A DNA stretch of 51,781 nucleotides, taken from the IMG/VR virus record IMGVR_UViG_3300032050_000030. One strand, given 5' to 3'. Below the pieces are notes generated by a model. The model saw only the letters and a list, made by a program, of their open reading frames with translations. It was not told the DNA's origin and did not search any database. This DNA is from a virus. Taxonomy: Duplodnaviria > Heunggongvirae > Uroviricota > Caudoviricetes. This document shows, piece by piece, positions 20,538-29,999 of the stretch; position 1 is the first letter of the stretch, and each line of letters opens with the position of its first letter. Both the position numbers and the translations under genes were made by a program.

Positions 20538-23063
20538 ATGATTGTCAGTTGTGAAGCTACTCCTTGTCCAGTGATACTGAGTGCCACTTGTGTTTTTTAC
20601 AAGGGAGAGAATCTCATTTACACTGGCATCAATATGAACGACAACTTGCAAACTGCCCTTGAGAAAATCGATGGGAAGTTTCAAGATGTTGGGCTAGGAT
20701 ATATATTTGAGAATGGTATAATTCAACTTAGTCCAGGTCAGCCTGTAAGATTGGGTGGTTCTCTAATGCAGAACACCACAATCAATAGTGCAGGGTATAC
20801 ATTCACTATATCTGGATCAATTCAAAGTGGTGCACATATTACCACTGGGGGTACATCCTCACAATTTGTTAAAGGAGATGGATCTCTAGATTCAACAACA
20901 TATCAACCTGCAGGTTCATATATTACAGGACTTACAGGGGATGGTATAGCATCTGGTCCAGGTAATGTACCATTGACACTAGCTACTGTAAATGCTAACC
21001 CTGGAACTTATGGAAATGCAGTTACAGTTCCTGTAGTTACAGTGAATGCAAAAGGATTGGTTACAAACATCACCCCTATTGCAATATCTATTCCTGCTGA
21101 TTCAATTGTTCTTGTTGGAGATGTGAGTGCTGTTGGTGTAACTGGTACTAATATTACAGCAACACTAGCCACAGTTAACTCAAATGTATATGGATCAAAC
21201 ACATTCCTGAAGTTTGCAGTTAATGGTAAAGGACTAGTAACCTCTGCCACACCTGTTGTATTAGGAGATTTGACATCTGTTCTTGGGTTTATGCCTGTTC
21301 CAGATAGTAGAACTCTGACAATCAATGGATTAACAAAAGATTTAACAGCTGATAGAACCTGGAACGTAGGCACTGTAACCAGTGTACAAGCATCTGTACC
21401 ACCAGCATTCTCTGTAACATCAGCTCCCATAACATCATTTGGTACAATAAATATTGTAGCTAATGGTGATACATCTCAGTATATAAGAGGTGATGGATCA
21501 TTAGCAGCTTTTCCTGCAGTATCAACAACATCTGGTACTTCTGGTACTTCTGGTGTAAGTCCGTCAATTACAAACATATATAACTCAGATGGTACACTTA
21601 CTGGTAATCGTGTGATGAGCCTTGATTCTAAGCGGTTAATATTTAGGGACACTAATGCTACCTTAACTAACTATACATATTCAGTTGGTGTGCCTACGGG
21701 TGTGACAGCACCTACTTGGCCATCGTCTTTTGTGTATGAAGGTCAGTATAATATTGTACCTGGAACGGGTCCTCAAATATTCAATACGAGAGTATGGGGA
21801 AGAAACACTTCAGCTACAAATAATAATCTTTGGGTTCAAGAAACCTTTGCAGATATTACTTCAGAATCTACTTCCTTTACTAACATTTATAATCAAACAT
21901 TTTTTACAGGTAGAGGTAGTACATTAGATACATCTACTGCTACCGCTTCTGTAATGCGTGGGATTTGGTCAAATATTGGCCATAGATACGCTGGCTCTCA
22001 ATCAACAACAGTACAGATTAATACAAATAATATACAAAGCTTTTACAGCACAATTGTTAATTATATTGGGAATGTAAGTAATGCTTATGGATATTTTTCT
22101 AGTCTGTCACAAGGTTCTTTAACCACATCGCAAACAAATACATTAACAAACCATTATGCTTTTTATGCAGAAGCAACAATAGGTTCTGCGAGTGGGGGCT
22201 CTTCTACTGTTACAAATTACTATGGTTTGTTTCTTAATACCCCAACTGTTGGGGCAACAGGTGTAATCACAAATCGATGGGGAGTATACGCTCCAGACTC
22301 CGCAATGAGTCACTACTTAAACGGGAATGTTGTCATTGGTACTACTACACTTGCTGGATATAAGCTAGATGTGTCTGGAACATCAAGATTGGCAAATACA
22401 CTTTCTTCTGGATTCGGGACAATTATTTCAACCACTCAAACTCAGGCTAATTCTACAGACGTGGGCGATGGTGCTGTATCTGTATCTCATAGTATATCTG
22501 CAACATCAGCAACCAATGAACTTGTAATAAGAGCAATGTCATTTGGTAGCAACAACAACCTAACGGGTGGTGGAGCAGTTACCAATCATAGAGTATGGAA
22601 CGTAGCATCTAGCACTCAAGCGGGAAGTATAACTACAGACCTTGACCAAATATTTATAGAGAGGGGTAATCAAGCTAATGGAACTGTAACAAATAATAGG
22701 GCTATACGTGTTAACACAATGCAAGGAACTAATAGGGCTGGGTTTGCCTGTGTTGCATTATCTGGAACCAATAATGTGTATGCACTACTTGGAACTGTTA
22801 CAATACCTACTGGAAACTGGGGCATTCATCAAACACAGTCTAACTTTAACAACTACTTTGCAGGTAAGATTTTGATTGGCACTACCACTGATCCTGGATT
22901 AGGAGTATTGCACGCTGTTGGTGGTTTATCTACAGATTCGCCTGCTGGAGGTACTGCAAGAACATGGAAGCTTGGGCAATATAATGCAACTGCTCCCACT
23001 GCCACTGGATATATAGAGGTGGAAGTTAATGGGGTTCTTTATAAACTTTTAGCATCAACTTAA
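20538..23063 (+). CDS. Second fibre protein with module-A N-terminus
   Basis: First ~115 aa align with 13514 (TPCPVIL..TCVFY.G.NL.YTGIN.NDNL.TALEKID...QPV.LGGSL..NTTINS.GY...SQFV.GDG.L); shaft-like repeats TVNAKGLVT / AVNGKGLVT. Confidence 0.75.
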   Translation: MIVSCEATPCPVILSATCVFYKGENLIYTGINMNDNLQTALEKIDGKFQDVGLGYIFENGIIQLSPGQPVRLGGSLMQNTTINSAGYTFTISGSIQSGAHITTGGTSSQFVKGDGSLDSTTYQPAGSYITGLTGDGIASGPGNVPLTLATVNANPGTYGNAVTVPVVTVNAKGLVTNITPIAISIPADSIVLVGDVSAVGVTGTNITATLATVNSNVYGSNTFLKFAVNGKGLVTSATPVVLGDLTSVLGFMPVPDSRTLTINGLTKDLTADRTWNVGTVTSVQASVPPAFSVTSAPITSFGTINIVANGDTSQYIRGDGSLAAFPAVSTTSGTSGTSGVSPSITNIYNSDGTLTGNRVMSLDSKRLIFRDTNATLTNYTYSVGVPTGVTAPTWPSSFVYEGQYNIVPGTGPQIFNTRVWGRNTSATNNNLWVQETFADITSESTSFTNIYNQTFFTGRGSTLDTSTATASVMRGIWSNIGHRYAGSQSTTVQINTNNIQSFYSTIVNYIGNVSNAYGYFSSLSQGSLTTSQTNTLTNHYAFYAEATIGSASGGSSTVTNYYGLFLNTPTVGATGVITNRWGVYAPDSAMSHYLNGNVVIGTTTLAGYKLDVSGTSRLANTLSSGFGTIISTTQTQANSTDVGDGAVSVSHSISATSATNELVIRAMSFGSNNNLTGGGAVTNHRVWNVASSTQAGSITTDLDQIFIERGNQANGTVTNNRAIRVNTMQGTNRAGFACVALSGTNNVYALLGTVTIPTGNWGIHQTQSNFNNYFAGKILIGTTTDPGLGVLHAVGGLSTDSPAGGTARTWKLGQYNATAPTATGYIEVEVNGVLYKLLAST

Positions 23064-23076
23064 AATAATATATAAA

Positions 23077-23379
23077 ATGGCAAAAACAATTACACCCATT
23101 AATGTATGGGTAAACGGACAAAACAAACAAGCAAAGATTTTAGATTCTTATGTAACTAGACTCACACTTAACCAATCTGCTAGATTCTATTGGGCAATTT
23201 TTGTAGAGAACACAGATGGCACACAAGGTGAGCAAGTGGCTGAAGGTAATTTGTCTATGGAAGGGGTAGACTATCAATCGTGGGAACAAGACACTTATGC
23301 TTGGGATTATATTTCAAGTAAACTTAATTTGACTATTACAGGGGAATTTGTACCGCCTGTACAAGAACAAAATCCTTAA
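23077..23379 (+). CDS. Hypothetical protein, possibly a fibre accessory/chaperone
   Basis: 100-aa ORF directly after the fibre gene; function inferred from position only. Confidence 0.55.
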   Translation: MAKTITPINVWVNGQNKQAKILDSYVTRLTLNQSARFYWAIFVENTDGTQGEQVAEGNLSMEGVDYQSWEQDTYAWDYISSKLNLTITGEFVPPVQEQNP

Positions 23380-23417
23380 ATTAGATAATTTTCAGTACAT
23401 TTGCTAAAATCTAATAT

Positions 23418-23555
23418 ATGGAATTAGTTGAATTAAAGGCTAAAGCCTATGATATCATTAGTCAGATTGAGTATTTACAGAAGCTGTTACAAGAAACTAA
23501 TCAGCAAATTGCTGTGAAAATTCAAGAACAAGAAGCTATGAAGGGTGGTGAATAA
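23418..23555 (+). CDS. Small coiled-coil protein (45 aa; not in the ORF track)
   Basis: MELVELKAKAYDIISQIEYLQKLLQETNQQIAVKIQEQEAMKGGE; preceded by TACATTTG (23396-23403). Confidence 0.65.
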   Translation: MELVELKAKAYDIISQIEYLQKLLQETNQQIAVKIQEQEAMKGGE

Positions 23556-23572
23556 CCACCCTTTCTTATTTT
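23540..23572. terminator. Probable bidirectional intrinsic terminator
   Basis: aagggtggt-gaata-accaccctt hairpin followed by tcttatttt, at a convergent gene junction. Confidence 0.65.
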
Positions 23573-26500
23573 ATAACATCTATTACATCCTGAGTTGTTA
23601 TTGATGTGTGACATTCAAACTGTCTGTCTGTTCCCTTATGTATAGGACACCAGTTCCAATCTCCTTTATCAAACTTGAAATTGGGATTGTTCCAACATCC
23701 ATTGCATACATCTTTCTTCACCACTCTTGTACATGTAAACTCATGATCAGGTTGGGTGAAATTACTAATCATTATCACTTTTTTATCCATAGCCCATGCT
23801 AACCAGCTCAATCCTGAGCTTAGTCCTATGAAGAACTCAGAATGATGTATAACATTCATTGTGTTCTCTATAGATGTATCATCTATTTGAAGACAATTAT
23901 TAAATGGGTTCTTCTCTTTAGATACATTTATCACACCATATCCCTGTTCTACCAGATAATCAATCACTCCCTGCCATCCTTCTTTGGTCCAGAACTTACA
24001 CCCAGCTGTAGAATTTGTAGCTATGGTGACATATTTACCATATGGATTGTTACCAATTTGGTAACTTATTCTTGGTTTAATCTCTTGATAATCAAGACCT
24101 AAGATGTTAGCTGCACACTTTTGGAGGTTTACAGTGTTTGGTAAAGCTGGTTCTCTATCTGCATCATAGAACCAACCAATCTTATACATTGCGTACACAT
24201 CTGGAATTACATCTCCTGGATTTACAAACTCCAGTTCTGGATAGACGTCCTGGAATAGGAAGTTCTTGAATGTGCTCACTATTACATGGCAGTTGTGTTT
24301 CTTTTTAAACTCTAAACAATAAGGTATCCAAGCAATATTATCTCCCAGAGAGTTGCTCTCAAATGCTATGTACACTCTCCTTCCTTCTAGATTCAGAACG
24401 TTTTCATATATAAGATCGTTATTCTCCCACACTCTGGTTATCCATCTGGTAAAATAACTTCTGTTTAGTTTCACCCAGCAGTTTGGTCCTATCTCATTAG
24501 CATAATACAGAGCTCCTTTATCATCATAAAAACACACCTTGAACTTGTTTACACTTGTTCCTTTGATTTCCAGGAATGGATGTTCAACAAAGTTTTGGGA
24601 AATAGTTACATTGCTCTTTGGTTTCTGTCTTGTTATAGGCAAGGTCACTATATACTTATATAACTCATTGTGCCCCATAGCAAAATGATAGGACGTATTG
24701 TTGATGGGAACAGTGTAGTCACATATAATTGTATCCAGATCTGTATCAATTGGTTGCAGATATGGAGTGAACATATCCTCATACTGAGGAAGGTTTCTTG
24801 CTATAATTGGTAGCTGATGGGAGATTGCTTCTCTCAACACCAATGGATTACATTCCCATGTACTATTGAACATGAATACGTCAGCAGCCTCAAGGAATGT
24901 TTCTGTATCATTTCTTTCTCCCCACACTATCACATTCTTTGGAACATCTTTCATTAATGGTTCCCAGTAGTGCTGGAAGTTTGGTGCCTGGTTTCCAACA
25001 AAATGAAACATCATGTGTGGGTACTTACGAGCTATTTCTAATCCTTCACCCTGATTCTTACCTGGAGTCCATAGTCCTATATTAACAACATGTTTCTTAT
25101 CACTACTAAACCCAAGCTTCTGTCTAGCAGCCTGTCTTGTTTCAAATGATACAGGATTGATTTCTATGGGAAACTCCAATACTTGTTTGTAGCTAGGCAT
25201 GTTTGCAAATGTCTTCAGATGATGGGGGGTACAGAAGGCATATGCTTCTGGGTGGTACATCTTATGTTTGTCTGGTTCAAACCACACATTGTGACAAGTT
25301 TCTACAATTCTCCAAGTTCTGTTGTTGTCATATAACTTAGCAAGTAGATCCTGAGGTATATGATTGTAACTATCAAATCCTTCTACTATCTCATCTATAT
25401 GCACTATATCAATATTATTGTTTTTAATAATATCGATGATCTCATGTTTGTTATCTGATAAGGTGTAAAAATTATTCACCAGTTCTCTTATCTGGTTCTT
25501 CTGCACTACATATGCTGGACCATAATCTGTATATTCTACAACAAATATCTCTACGTTGCTGTATTTCTTCAGCACCTGTATACGTTTTAACAGGAATCCA
25601 GGCATACCACCTGTAGATAGGTGGGGTGCAAGGAACAGCACTTTCATAGACTTTTTCACTGTCTTTTCCAGTTCATGTATCATTTCGTGCATTACATTGC
25701 TCTTTTTCTCACCATGGAAAGCAAACAGATATTCTTTCTTAGCTGGAATCTTAAACCAGCTAGATATCTCTCTAGCTACACCAGTGAAGCCTAACTCATT
25801 ATATATCTTGTCAATAGTATCAAGTGTACCATTTACATAAACGTATGGAAGTCCTGTAAGTATTTTCTTTTTCCAAAGAAGTATATTTACAATGGTTTCC
25901 TCATGGAATGGTGCATAGTATTGAGGATTCTTCATCACCTCAGGATGCTTACACATCCAATACCACTCATCCAGAAACTTTATACAATTAGTATTGGCTA
26001 CAAAGTATCCAGTTTGTCTGTATTTGGTTCTGACGTATTGGTCTACACCAAACAACTCACATGCTGGAGCTTCTAGTGTCATGGATAAATCGTTCTTATC
26101 TTTAGCCGCACCTCTACCATTTGCAAACAAATATTCATATATCCCCTCTGTGAAATATGGATAGTCTACATTCTTTGGATAGAGGGAGAATATATTGTCT
26201 ATGTATGGAGTGACAACACTATCACTGTCTATATATGCTACAGTGCGAGCATATCCTAATGTATCTTTTACAATAGCTGGGCGTTCTATCAATAGTCTAT
26301 AAATATCACCATCTAATCTATCAATATAGTCAGATTTACTATTTGCTGACACTCTAGAGAACCAGTATCTAGTGGTAGCCCCATCTATATCAGCATCAAA
26401 GTTGATAGTGTACACCACTACGGGAATTTTGCTGAACTTATTTATAGATGCTACACAAGCTTTTGCTGTCTCCAAATAGGAAGATGTTGTACACAGGACA

Positions 26501-27024
26501 TACACCTTATCCACCATACTCTCTAACATGGAATAATATCCATAGTACTCGTTGGTGAATATAGGAGTGAGGAAAGGATATCTCTCCTTCATCACTTCTT
26601 TAGTTAAGTCTGGCTGAAGATGGGTTTCATATATATTCCCATATTCCTCCCCATCCTGCTCCATGGTGTATGGAATAGCCACCATACATTCCTTATTCCA
26701 ATAGCGTATGTTCTTAATAAGCTCCTGGGCTTTGGTGGTTTCTATATGTTCCAGAACATCTCCTAAAATAATAAAGTCGTAGTCCTTATAATCAAAATCG
26801 GTGATATCACCAATATAGACATTGTCATATTTCTGTCTCAGCTGAAACTGATTTACATACGGTTCCCATATTTCTATGGCATCCATTCTATATCCCAGAT
26901 CTCTAAGTAGGTTGGAATATGTTCCTATCCCTGGTCCAACATCAAGTATTCTCTTACTAGTGGGAACGTTCTCAATGAACCACTGCCTCACCTCATCTTT
27001 GAAAAAGTTATAACTGTTTGGCAT
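23566..27024 (-). CDS. Four-domain fusion: SAM methyltransferase + GT-A glycosyltransferase + GT4-like + TibC/Aah-type O-heptosyltransferase
   Basis: ILDVGPGIG and GDVLEH (MTase); YIDSD (DxD); KVLFLAPHLSTGG and ADVFMFNSTWECNPLVLREA (GT-B); SLGDNIAW and CNGCWN...WCP...QFEC (BAHT iron-finger Cys set). ATG 27024 is preferred over the track start 27060 because a -7 element occupies 27030-27037. Confidence 0.8.
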   Translation of the reverse strand: MPNSYNFFKDEVRQWFIENVPTSKRILDVGPGIGTYSNLLRDLGYRMDAIEIWEPYVNQFQLRQKYDNVYIGDITDFDYKDYDFIILGDVLEHIETTKAQELIKNIRYWNKECMVAIPYTMEQDGEEYGNIYETHLQPDLTKEVMKERYPFLTPIFTNEYYGYYSMLESMVDKVYVLCTTSSYLETAKACVASINKFSKIPVVVYTINFDADIDGATTRYWFSRVSANSKSDYIDRLDGDIYRLLIERPAIVKDTLGYARTVAYIDSDSVVTPYIDNIFSLYPKNVDYPYFTEGIYEYLFANGRGAAKDKNDLSMTLEAPACELFGVDQYVRTKYRQTGYFVANTNCIKFLDEWYWMCKHPEVMKNPQYYAPFHEETIVNILLWKKKILTGLPYVYVNGTLDTIDKIYNELGFTGVAREISSWFKIPAKKEYLFAFHGEKKSNVMHEMIHELEKTVKKSMKVLFLAPHLSTGGMPGFLLKRIQVLKKYSNVEIFVVEYTDYGPAYVVQKNQIRELVNNFYTLSDNKHEIIDIIKNNNIDIVHIDEIVEGFDSYNHIPQDLLAKLYDNNRTWRIVETCHNVWFEPDKHKMYHPEAYAFCTPHHLKTFANMPSYKQVLEFPIEINPVSFETRQAARQKLGFSSDKKHVVNIGLWTPGKNQGEGLEIARKYPHMMFHFVGNQAPNFQHYWEPLMKDVPKNVIVWGERNDTETFLEAADVFMFNSTWECNPLVLREAISHQLPIIARNLPQYEDMFTPYLQPIDTDLDTIICDYTVPINNTSYHFAMGHNELYKYIVTLPITRQKPKSNVTISQNFVEHPFLEIKGTSVNKFKVCFYDDKGALYYANEIGPNCWVKLNRSYFTRWITRVWENNDLIYENVLNLEGRRVYIAFESNSLGDNIAWIPYCLEFKKKHNCHVIVSTFKNFLFQDVYPELEFVNPGDVIPDVYAMYKIGWFYDADREPALPNTVNLQKCAANILGLDYQEIKPRISYQIGNNPYGKYVTIATNSTAGCKFWTKEGWQGVIDYLVEQGYGVINVSKEKNPFNNCLQIDDTSIENTMNVIHHSEFFIGLSSGLSWLAWAMDKKVIMISNFTQPDHEFTCTRVVKKDVCNGCWNNPNFKFDKGDWNWCPIHKGTDRQFECHTSITTQDVIDVIK

Positions 27025-27029
27025 ATAGG

Positions 27030-27061
27030 CAAATGTAGAAAAAATATTTGGTAGTTTCAAA
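27030..27061 (-). promoter_or_regulatory. Bacteroidota-type promoter for the glycosyltransferase fusion
   Basis: Minus strand TTTG (27061-27058), 20 nt, TACATTTG (27037-27030), 5 nt, ATG. Confidence 0.7.
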
Positions 27062-27078
27062 TAAAATACATAGTTTTG
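27047..27078 (+). promoter_or_regulatory. Bacteroidota-type promoter for the lysis cassette
   Basis: TTTG (27047-27050), 20 nt, TAGTTTTG (27071-27078). Confidence 0.7.
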
Positions 27079-27106
27079 TTACCTAAGGGTGTACCTTCTA
27101 CTTAAT

Positions 27107-27122
27107 GCTATATTATGCCCAA
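27107..27122 (+). promoter_or_regulatory. Copy 2 of 16-bp motif GCTATATTATGYCCAA
   Basis: gctatattatgcccaa. Confidence 0.45.
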
Positions 27123-27181
27123 CAAGGGCATTTAAGTGACTATAATTACATAACACATCATTTCTTTTCGGAGGGAATGGT

Positions 27182-27808
27182 GTGTTTTTTATTTCCCATA
27201 TAATGAAGATAAGTAATATAATTAATGTCCTTCTAGCTCTGTTTGTATTGATTCTCCTGTATAAGGCTGAATGTGGCAAGCCTGTTGTTCCAGGTAAGGA
27301 TATTGTTGTGGGCGGTAAGACGTACGAAGTGATTAAACAAGTGATTGATACTCAATACGTTACAGTAAAAGAAACCAAATACAAAAAAGGAGAAGACATC
27401 TATCATGACACTACTATTTATGTATCTGTGCCTGTGCTTGACACTGCACAGATGCAGGAGGCCCTATCGAAGTATTACGCAAAAAACATCTTCCAAGACA
27501 CCCTAAAGGTGGGTAAGTTTGGACAAATATATATTAAGGATACAGTTCAATATAATAAACTAGCAGGTAGATCAATGTCTGCAGATTTGATGTTCCCCTC
27601 AATAACCAACACAACCTTCGTTAAGGAAAAACCAAAAGCACAATTATTCCTAGGTGCTAGAATGGATTACCTACAAGGGGGCTCAGTTCAAAACCCAAGC
27701 GTGGGACTGATGCTCAAAACCAAACGTGATAGGTTATATGGAATTTCTGCAGGTGTGTCTCCAAATGGCCAACCTGTTTATGGAGCTAGTTTTTATATTA
27801 AACTTTAA
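27182..27808 (+). CDS. Membrane-anchored protein of the lysis region
   Basis: N-terminal hydrophobic helix (IINVLLALFVLILLY); C-terminal beta-strand-like end YGASFYIKL. True start may be MKISN. Confidence 0.6.
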   Translation: MFFISHIMKISNIINVLLALFVLILLYKAECGKPVVPGKDIVVGGKTYEVIKQVIDTQYVTVKETKYKKGEDIYHDTTIYVSVPVLDTAQMQEALSKYYAKNIFQDTLKVGKFGQIYIKDTVQYNKLAGRSMSADLMFPSITNTTFVKEKPKAQLFLGARMDYLQGGSVQNPSVGLMLKTKRDRLYGISAGVSPNGQPVYGASFYIKL

Positions 27809-27814
27809 AATAAA

Positions 27815-28093
27815 ATGGAAAAAAAGAACTCAATTGTGCCCTCCTTCAGCTTTGAACAGTTTGTAAAAGAACCAGTAAAAGCGTTTCTTCTCATCACCCT
27901 GGCTGCTATTGGTTATCTCTATGTAGACTCCAAAGTGCAATATGGTGAACTCATTGAAAAGCAAAGTGCTAAGATTGAAAAGTTGGAATTGAAGATTGAT
28001 GAGCTCACGGCTCAGCTAAAGAAATCAGACAGCATTGCTGCTGCTACCACTTCTAAACTTATTCTCTTACAAGAACTTGGCAAAATAAAATGA
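27815..28093 (+). CDS. Single-TM coiled-coil protein (i-spanin/holin-like)
   Basis: TM AFLLITLAAIGYLYV followed by a coiled coil. Confidence 0.55.
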   Translation: MEKKNSIVPSFSFEQFVKEPVKAFLLITLAAIGYLYVDSKVQYGELIEKQSAKIEKLELKIDELTAQLKKSDSIAAATTSKLILLQELGKIK

Positions 28094-28467
28094 AATACAA
28101 TTACATTCTAACGGTTGCTTTTCTCTTCACCTCTTGCATGGCAAAGGTGGCTGAGAAAAAAGAAGAGGTTGTTATTAAAACATCGTACGATAGTATTATA
28201 ATAGCTTCACATAAATTACACGACTCTATTCTTGTGTACATCCCAAAGGTGGATGAGAAGATAGAGAAGCTTGAGAAGGGTATAGTTCACAAGGTGGAAG
28301 ATTTAGAAAAGGAAAATCAGTCTTTAAAGAAGGAAGCAATGGTTGTAAAAACTGTTGTTGTCAGAGACACCATTTACATCAAGGAGAAAACAAACTTCTG
28401 GGGTAAGAAAAAAATTAGCACAGACAGCACACAATCTATAGACTCAACAATTATAGAACATGATTAA
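28090..28467 (+). CDS. Lipoprotein (o-spanin-like)
   Basis: Signal peptide with lipobox-like LFTSC, then a coiled coil; ATGA overlap. Confidence 0.55.
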   Translation: MKYNYILTVAFLFTSCMAKVAEKKEEVVIKTSYDSIIIASHKLHDSILVYIPKVDEKIEKLEKGIVHKVEDLEKENQSLKKEAMVVKTVVVRDTIYIKEKTNFWGKKKISTDSTQSIDSTIIEHD

Positions 28468-28702
28468 GAACTTTTTGTGGAGCCTCTTTTCAGAGGACGG
28501 AAAAATTAGCAGTAAGCGTTTCTTTGGAGGAATGGCTGCTACATCTTTATGTGTCACCTTATTGGCTAACAGTTTTAGTCATGGTGATGTTAAACCTTCT
28601 GATGTTTTGGTTGAGGCAACAGCAGCATTTGCTGCTCTTTCCCTGGGAATATCTGCATGGCAAACCATAAAAACAAACAAAAATGAATCTGGAGAGGCTT
28701 AG
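28460..28702 (+). CDS. Putative holin
   Basis: Two hydrophobic helices, charged C-terminus, overlaps the endolysin start. Confidence 0.55.
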   Translation: MIKNFLWSLFSEDGKISSKRFFGGMAATSLCVTLLANSFSHGDVKPSDVLVEATAAFAALSLGISAWQTIKTNKNESGEA

Positions 28703-29300
28703 AACCAAAATTCCAGCTAACATTCTGGAAGAAATACCGTCTGTAATGGAGAAGTTCAAGATTGACACTCCTCTCAGACTAGCTCATTTCCTGGCACAAT
28801 GTGCTCATGAATCTGGTAACTTTAGTAAGTTTACAGAGAACCTGAACTATTCTGCAGACGGTTTGCTTAAAGTGTTTCCTAGATACTTCAGGAAAGCTGA
28901 TGGAACTCCTGACAAAGCTTTGGCTGATGCATATGCACGTAATCCAGAAAAGATTGGATCTAGAGTGTATGGTGGACGCATGGGAAATGGTCCAGAAGCT
29001 ACGAAAGAGGGGTTCAAATTTAGAGGCAGGGGTGCAATTCAGCTGACAGGCAAGGATAATTATAAAGCATTTGACCAGTTTGTACCTGAAGATTTGATAG
29101 CTAGCCCTGAACTGGTGGCATCAAAATATCCATTGCTCTCTGCAGCATGGTTCTGGAATAGTGTAAAGATAAATGCTATTGCAGATAAAGGAACTACAGA
29201 TGCTGTAGTTACAGAAGTGACTAGAAAGGTGAATGGTGGAACTCACGGACTTGCTGATCGCATATCCAAGTTCAAACTGTTCATAGCTGAACTATCGTAA
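28683..29300 (+). CDS. Glycoside hydrolase family 19 endolysin
   Basis: RLAHFLAQCAHESGNF, ENLNYS, FRGRGAIQLTGKDNY, SAAWFW, VTRKVNGG. Confidence 0.9.
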   Translation: MNLERLRTKIPANILEEIPSVMEKFKIDTPLRLAHFLAQCAHESGNFSKFTENLNYSADGLLKVFPRYFRKADGTPDKALADAYARNPEKIGSRVYGGRMGNGPEATKEGFKFRGRGAIQLTGKDNYKAFDQFVPEDLIASPELVASKYPLLSAAWFWNSVKINAIADKGTTDAVVTEVTRKVNGGTHGLADRISKFKLFIAELS

Positions 29301-29316
29301 ATTAAAACTCAACAAT

Positions 29317-29631
29317 ATGAAAAAGATTAGAGAAGCTGGTGTATTTGGTGTAATAGGGTTTCTTGTAGCAACCCTCTTTCAAATAGCCATTTGGAAAACA
29401 GATGAAGGTAGACAATGGATCTACAATGGTGGACAGTGGTTAGTGTTCGCACTTACACCTTTTTACTCCCTGGTTGGTGCAGCCATTATGGTTGGATATA
29501 TAGGGATTAAGGATAAGTTTTCAGCTAAGGATGATCAAGGGAACAGAATCTATTCTGCTTTCTGGTTGGTAGCTATCTTGTTGGAAATCATTAGTTTACT
29601 AATTGCACTTGAAGCAGTGCTTGAGGCATAA
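29317..29631 (+). CDS. Small multi-TM membrane protein
   Basis: Three hydrophobic segments. Confidence 0.6.
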   Translation: MKKIREAGVFGVIGFLVATLFQIAIWKTDEGRQWIYNGGQWLVFALTPFYSLVGAAIMVGYIGIKDKFSAKDDQGNRIYSAFWLVAILLEIISLLIALEAVLEA

Positions 29632-29999
29632 TGCTGGTTAAACTTGCCATAGCCTTCCTCTTTATTGGGATGAATCTCATCCTAGCATATCATGATGCTG
29701 AGCGCATCAAACTCCATTTAAGGATATATCACGGAATAAACACTCTGGTGTATGCATTGCTCCTAGCCCCTGTGTACATATATCTGAAAGATTGGTTCTT
29801 TATAATAGGACTGTTATGTTTAAGAAGAGTGGTATTTGATACATCCTTAAACATTATGAGAGGGTTGAGGTTTGATTACATATCATCCTCCACTGGATCT
29901 TTAATAGACAAACTCTCCTATAGGTTTCAGGCTAAATATGGATATTTTCCATATTATGGAATTTTTATAATCATCACCATACTATCAATTATATTGTAA
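29631..29999 (+). CDS. Small multi-TM membrane protein
   Basis: Three to four hydrophobic segments; TAATG-coupled. Confidence 0.6.
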   Translation: MLVKLAIAFLFIGMNLILAYHDAERIKLHLRIYHGINTLVYALLLAPVYIYLKDWFFIIGLLCLRRVVFDTSLNIMRGLRFDYISSSTGSLIDKLSYRFQAKYGYFPYYGIFIIITILSIIL

